From positions 1 to 64,000 of the forward strand of contig CBDHEC010000010.1 of the NCBI GenBank assembly GCA_965261975.1: 64,000 nt of DNA, in the 5' to 3' direction. A program made the translations under genes and the position numbers. Below, piece by piece: positions 59,631 through 64,000 of the stretch (positions are counted from its first letter, which is position 1; each line of letters starts with the position of its first letter). Source of the DNA: Alphaproteobacteria bacterium (GTDB lineage Bacteria; Pseudomonadota; Alphaproteobacteria; UBA6615). Below the pieces are notes generated by a model, which saw nothing but the letters and a program-made list of their open reading frames with translations, searched no databases and was not told where the DNA came from.

Positions 59631-60380
59631 CTAGCCAAAGATATCCGGCAAGCCGCCAGAGAGAAAACGCCTGGGCGCATACCCGAAATCCTTGCTCGCC
59701 GCACCCTCATCGAACGCCAAATCCTGGTTCATCCGATACGCGACGTCCGCGCTCAACTCACTGCCGGGCACAACCGCCCAGGCCGACAAGTCGTCATTCC
59801 CGCAGGACGGGAGATGGCCGGCCAGCAGCTGCGCTTCCCATCCGGATCGAACGAGATTGGGGTGTACCGCTTTCGCGACATCCGGCCGTTCGAGCGTAAC
59901 CTTGGCATGGGCGACAATGCGGTCGCAGCGGGCGAGCAGAACATCGGACAACCGCATGCCCAGGCCCGTGTCGCCCGCCCAACCACGTGCGATCAGAATG
60001 TCGATCGTGGATACGCCGCCGTCGGTCGCACCCGAACCATCCAGCAGGACGAGTTGGTCAAAATGTCCTGCCGAACCTTCGATGCCGCGCCAGTCCGTTG
60101 TCGCGCCCTGGGCATCGAGCGGAAACGAATCGACAATGACCAACGGGTCGGAACTCTGATCAAGGTCGAGTTTCGGCGCGTTCAAATTCTCGCTCAGGTC
60201 ATCGGGTCGATCCGGCGCGTTCTCGGGTGACGTACTGTCGGGCGCAGTCGCGTCCGGCGCGATCCGGCTTGTTTTATCCGGCTTTGGGACATTGCTCTGC
60301 TGTTCGTTCGAGAACATGACAAAGAGGACGCCCAGACCAAGGATCAGCCCGATCACAAATATCCATCGATAGACGCGCAT
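59631..60380 (-). CDS. Membrane-anchored hypothetical protein with an epimerase-like C-terminal tail (possible chimera)
   Basis: N-terminal TM, Pro/Asp linker, GWA...R.DVA domain, then RMNQDLAFD..A..DFGYAPRRF. Confidence 0.6.
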   Translation of the reverse strand: MRVYRWIFVIGLILGLGVLFVMFSNEQQSNVPKPDKTSRIAPDATAPDSTSPENAPDRPDDLSENLNAPKLDLDQSSDPLVIVDSFPLDAQGATTDWRGIEGSAGHFDQLVLLDGSGATDGGVSTIDILIARGWAGDTGLGMRLSDVLLARCDRIVAHAKVTLERPDVAKAVHPNLVRSGWEAQLLAGHLPSCGNDDLSAWAVVPGSELSADVAYRMNQDLAFDEGAASKDFGYAPRRFLSGGLPDIFG

Positions 60381-60594
60381 CTGAGTCTCGTCACCAAACG
60401 ACGGGGTGGAGTTCGAACATTGCCTGTAGGGACAATAGTAGCTTCGATTGATCTAGCGCGCCCCGCCCATCGAGGACAAGGGGACATCGGTTTCGGCAAC
60501 AAAAAGCCCCCGGTGAACGTCACGGGTCCGTCACATGCGCGCTTTTGTTTGAGACCGGGAGAAGCGGACCGACGATTACGGGTCCCCGCCCGCC

Positions 60595-60870
60595 CTATCG
60601 ATCATCATTTACTGGCGGCGGCGGGCCCTGGAAACCAACGAGCCGGTTTCCCGCGCCATCAAGCGGCGCATGATAGCAATCGGCGTTGCCAATCGTGTCG
60701 TAGCAATAGACGGGGACCACAATCAGGGGCGCCTCGTCTTCAAGCCAACCAGCCTCGAGCACCTGGTCGAAGGTGGGCATGTATTCGTGCCACGGATTCT
60801 CGCAAGCAGACAGCAGAAATGCCGCGCCCAACAAAGCGCCTGCCCGCCATCTCTTGCCGATCGTTTCCAT
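60595..60870 (-). CDS. Small lipoprotein
   Basis: Lipobox LSAC; C-terminal VYCYDTIGNADCY motif. Confidence 0.78.
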   Translation of the reverse strand: METIGKRWRAGALLGAAFLLSACENPWHEYMPTFDQVLEAGWLEDEAPLIVVPVYCYDTIGNADCYHAPLDGAGNRLVGFQGPPPPVNDDR

Positions 60871-60909
60871 GGGCCCAACCTCAGTTGGGCGCAACTTTAC
60901 CGCCGGCGG

Positions 60910-60925
60910 GTTAAGAGAGGATTTA
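60910..60925 (-). promoter_or_regulatory. Candidate CtrA-binding site upstream of the lipoprotein gene
   Basis: Minus strand TAAA-N7-TTAAC, one mismatch from TTAA-N7-TTAAC. Confidence 0.45.
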
Positions 60926-60952
60926 TCCGCCGTGAGCCGGAAAGTGCGGACT

Positions 60953-61954
60953 TCAGGCGTTGACGTCGATCACCGTGCGGCCGCGCACATCGCCGGCCAG
61001 GATCGACTTTGCCAGACCCGGCACGTCACCCAGCGGTGCCACGCTGGTCAAGGCATCCAGCTTGTCCAGCGGCAGGTCCTTGGCAATCCGCTGCCAGATA
61101 CGCTCGCGATGTTCTTTCGGCTGCATGACGGAATCGATGCCAAGGATATTCACCCCGCGCAGCAGGAACGGGAGCACCGTCGTCTCGAGATTGTTTCCGC
61201 CCGCCAGCCCGCAGGCCGCGACCGACCCGCCATATTTCATCTGCGCCAAAACGGTCGCGAGGGTCTTGCCGGCGACGGCATCGACGCAACCCGCCCAACG
61301 CTCGCGTTCGAGCGGCCTGGGCTCTGCCTCCGACAGCTCCGCGCGATCGATCACCTCGGCCGCACCCAGATCCATGAGATAGGGTTCGAGTTCCCGGCGC
61401 CCGGAAGACGTGACCACCGTGTAGCCAAGATTGGCCAGGATCGCGATCGCGACACTGCCGACACCGCCCGCACCACCGGTGACCAGCACCTCGCCCGCGC
61501 CGGGCGTGAGGCCGTGCGCCTCCAGCGCGTCGACGCATAACATGGAGGTGAATCCGGCCGTCCCGACCGCCATGGCCTGCTGTGTCGTCAGGCCTTCGGG
61601 CAAGGGCACCAGCCAGTCGGCGCTGACACGCGCCTTCTGGGCCAGGCCGCCCCAGTGAATCTCGCCCACGCGCCAGCCGGTCAGTACGACCCTGTCACCG
61701 GGCACGAAGGCGGGGTTGTCGGACTGCTCGACCGTCCCGGCGAAATCGATGCCCGGCACATGGGGAAACTCCCGCACAAGCCGGCCGATATTCCCGTTCA
61801 CCACCAGGCCGTCCTTGTAGTTGATGGTCGAATATTCGACCGCCACCGTGACGTCACCTTCCGGCAGGGCATCGACGCCGACATCCGTGATGGACGCGGA
61901 TACCTTTTCGTCTTCGCCCTGCTCAAGCAGGACGGCCTTGAAAGTCTCGCTCAT
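60953..61954 (-). CDS. acuI: Acryloyl-CoA reductase (YhdH/AcuI family)
   Basis: YSTINYKDG, PGIDFAG, GTAGFT, GGVGS, PFLLRGV..LGIDSV. Confidence 0.85.
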   Translation of the reverse strand: MSETFKAVLLEQGEDEKVSASITDVGVDALPEGDVTVAVEYSTINYKDGLVVNGNIGRLVREFPHVPGIDFAGTVEQSDNPAFVPGDRVVLTGWRVGEIHWGGLAQKARVSADWLVPLPEGLTTQQAMAVGTAGFTSMLCVDALEAHGLTPGAGEVLVTGGAGGVGSVAIAILANLGYTVVTSSGRRELEPYLMDLGAAEVIDRAELSEAEPRPLERERWAGCVDAVAGKTLATVLAQMKYGGSVAACGLAGGNNLETTVLPFLLRGVNILGIDSVMQPKEHRERIWQRIAKDLPLDKLDALTSVAPLGDVPGLAKSILAGDVRGRTVIDVNA

Positions 61955-61987
61955 CTCTTCGCAATCCCGGTTCGTGGCGTCTTGGTG

Positions 61988-63148
61988 CTAACGCAGCGGC
62001 TCAAGGATCGAAACATAGCTGGAGACCGCCGACCCTCCCATGTTGAACACCGCGCCCAGATTCGGGCTGTCGAGTTGCAGATCACCGGCTGTGCCCGTGA
62101 GCTGCATGGACGCGATGGCGTGCATCGACAGGCCGGTCGCGCCCAGCGGGTGGCCCTTGGCTTTCAGGCCGCCGGAACGGTTCACCGGCAGTTTGCCGTC
62201 GGCATAGGTCCAGCCTTCCTTGATCGCCGTCTCGCCCTGGCCCTTCTCGGTCAGGCCCATCGCCTCATAGGACAGCAGTTCGGCGCTGGTGAAGCAGTCA
62301 TGGACCTCGGCGAAACCGAGGTCACCGATCGAGATACCGGCCTCGGCAAATGCCCGGGCGAAAGCCTCGGCGGGGCCCTCGAAATCGATCACGGTCCGGC
62401 GTGACATGGGCAGATAATCCTGCACATGCTGGGCCGCGCGGAAATAGACCGCCTTGTCCATCTTCAGCGCGGTGTCGACATCGGTCAGCACGATGGCCGC
62501 AGCACCATCCGACACCAGCGAGCAATCGGTCCGCTTGAGCGGGCCGGCGACGACCGGGTTCTTCTCCGACACGTTACGGCAGAAGTCGTAGCCCAGGTCC
62601 TTCTGCAGCTGGGCGTAGGGATTGTCGCAACCGTTCTTGTGGTTCTTGGCCGCGATCATTGCCAGCGCGTCGGACTTGTCGCCGTATTTCTGGAAATAGG
62701 CATCGGTAATCTGCCCGAAGATCTCCGCAAAGCTCGAGGCCGATTCCTCGCGCAGGTATGACGCCTTGGAGAGAATACCGCCGAGCACCTCGCCGCTCAC
62801 GTCGGTCATCTTCTCCACCCCGACGCACAGGACGATGCGGCCGCGCTTGGCCGCAATGTGATTGAGCCCCTGATAGATCGCGGCCGATCCGGTCGCGCAG
62901 GCATTCTCGACATGGGTCGACGGCTTGAAACGGAGATCCTCATGGGCCTGCAGCACGAGCGAGGCCGGGAATTCCTGGTTCACGAAGCCGCCGCCGAAGG
63001 TGCCCAGATAGATTGCATCCACATCCTTGGGCTCGACCCCGGCATCGCGCATGGCGCCCGTGGCGACGCTGACGATCATGTCCTCGATGTCGTCGTCCGC
63101 GCGTTTCCCGAATTTCAGATGGTCCCAGCCAACGATACATGCGGTCAT
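61988..63148 (-). CDS. Thiolase family protein (SCP2-type)
   Basis: ENACATG, EVHDCF, KGHPLGATG, NMGG. Confidence 0.92.
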   Translation of the reverse strand: MTACIVGWDHLKFGKRADDDIEDMIVSVATGAMRDAGVEPKDVDAIYLGTFGGGFVNQEFPASLVLQAHEDLRFKPSTHVENACATGSAAIYQGLNHIAAKRGRIVLCVGVEKMTDVSGEVLGGILSKASYLREESASSFAEIFGQITDAYFQKYGDKSDALAMIAAKNHKNGCDNPYAQLQKDLGYDFCRNVSEKNPVVAGPLKRTDCSLVSDGAAAIVLTDVDTALKMDKAVYFRAAQHVQDYLPMSRRTVIDFEGPAEAFARAFAEAGISIGDLGFAEVHDCFTSAELLSYEAMGLTEKGQGETAIKEGWTYADGKLPVNRSGGLKAKGHPLGATGLSMHAIASMQLTGTAGDLQLDSPNLGAVFNMGGSAVSSYVSILEPLR

Positions 63149-63394
63149 GAGTGGTTCTCCTTGGTCTCGACGGGCGCCCGCGAGAGTGGACCCGTTTCAT
63201 GATGGATCCGGCGAAATACGCGCCGAGAACCTTTGGTGCGGTGCACAATTAGACAGGAAATATAGGCCCGCCAACGGCAGAAGTCAGCCAAAAGTCGGTG
63301 GCGATCCCACCCCGTGAGCAACAGGTTGAATTGTCTGGGAAATCATGGCCCGGCGCGGTCACGCGGACGTACAACCGCGTCCCGGGTTACAGGC

Positions 63395-64000
63395 TCATGC
63401 CGCGCGGCGTCCGGTCTCGAGCGCGTCGCGCACATTCTCGCTGTCGCGGATGCCGAGCATGTGATGGGCATGCCACAGCGCATAGTACAGCAACACCCAG
63501 GCAGCAAAGCCGGGGCGCTTACCCTTCTTGGCAAAGAGCGATTCCACCGCGCGCGGTTCACACATCTCGAGGACGCCGGGCTGGTGGGCAACAAGCGGTC
63601 CGATCTCCAGGGCGCTGGCTTCCATCCATTCGGCGACCGGCACGCTGAAGCCGCGCTTGCGTTCGAAGGGGCGCGCTTCGGGAAGAACGCCTTCGAGCCA
63701 TTTCCGCAGCAACCATTTGCCGCGCCCGTCGGACACCTTGAGATGGTCCGGCAGCCGGAAGGCCACCGCAGCGACCTCCGGGTCCAGGAACGGCGTTCGT
63801 CCCTCGACCCCGTGCGACATCAGGCATCGATCCACCTTGATCAAAAGATCATTCGGGAGCCAGTCTGCACAGTCTGCCGCCTGCGCCGACTGGAGGCGGC
63901 TATACGTCCCGGTATCGGCGGTTTGCTCGGCCGCCGCGATCCCGTCGCGCCAACCGGTCGGCGGATCGCGCAACACGCTCAAGCCATCGAAGACACCGCG
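63395..64000 (-). CDS. asnB: Asparagine synthase-like glutamine amidotransferase, C-terminal part (5' end outside window)
   Basis: WLPNDLLIKVDR..M.HGVEGRTPFLD, K.LLR, RKRGF.VP. Confidence 0.88.
   Translation of the reverse strand, partial: RGVFDGLSVLRDPPTGWRDGIAAAEQTADTGTYSRLQSAQAADCADWLPNDLLIKVDRCLMSHGVEGRTPFLDPEVAAVAFRLPDHLKVSDGRGKWLLRKWLEGVLPEARPFERKRGFSVPVAEWMEASALEIGPLVAHQPGVLEMCEPRAVESLFAKKGKRPGFAAWVLLYYALWHAHHMLGIRDSENVRDALETGRRAA

Noticed and set aside
1-64000. Further Sec read-through genes, CRISPR arrays, IS elements, rRNA
   Set aside because: Other TGA stops checked fall at normal family C-termini; no repeat-spacer arrays, transposases or rRNA-like tracts were seen by eye

Overview
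A high-GC alphaproteobacterial chromosome segment, probably Rhodospirillales-like judging by gene order. A conserved housekeeping block (dcd-murA-DUF2948-hisG-hisD-UPF0262-LMW phosphatase-infA-maf-RNase E/G-yacG-tRNA-Phe, with tRNA-Thr nearby) sits among accessory catabolic and redox genes. The most notable signal is at 6242-7333: two ORFs split by the ORF caller are one in-frame AhpD-like gene with a TGA inside a C-F-Y-U-T-T-G-H redox motif, followed by a SECIS-like hairpin, so it is a probable selenoprotein. Other highlights: an orphan holin-like + GH24 endolysin pair with no phage genes around it (33577-34595); two uncharacterised catabolic clusters with TRAP transporters (10301-22276, 36726-45882); a CDP-C-methyl-6-deoxysugar cluster lacking rfbF (54255-59608); a Cle-like c-di-GMP-binding response regulator; and a REP-like palindrome. 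Three lesions could be real or assembly errors: a frameshifted hyi, a truncated DUF6460-like ORF and a gene apparently fused to an epimerase tail. No integrase, transposase, CRISPR array or rRNA was seen. Family calls come from motif recognition by eye, not database searches.
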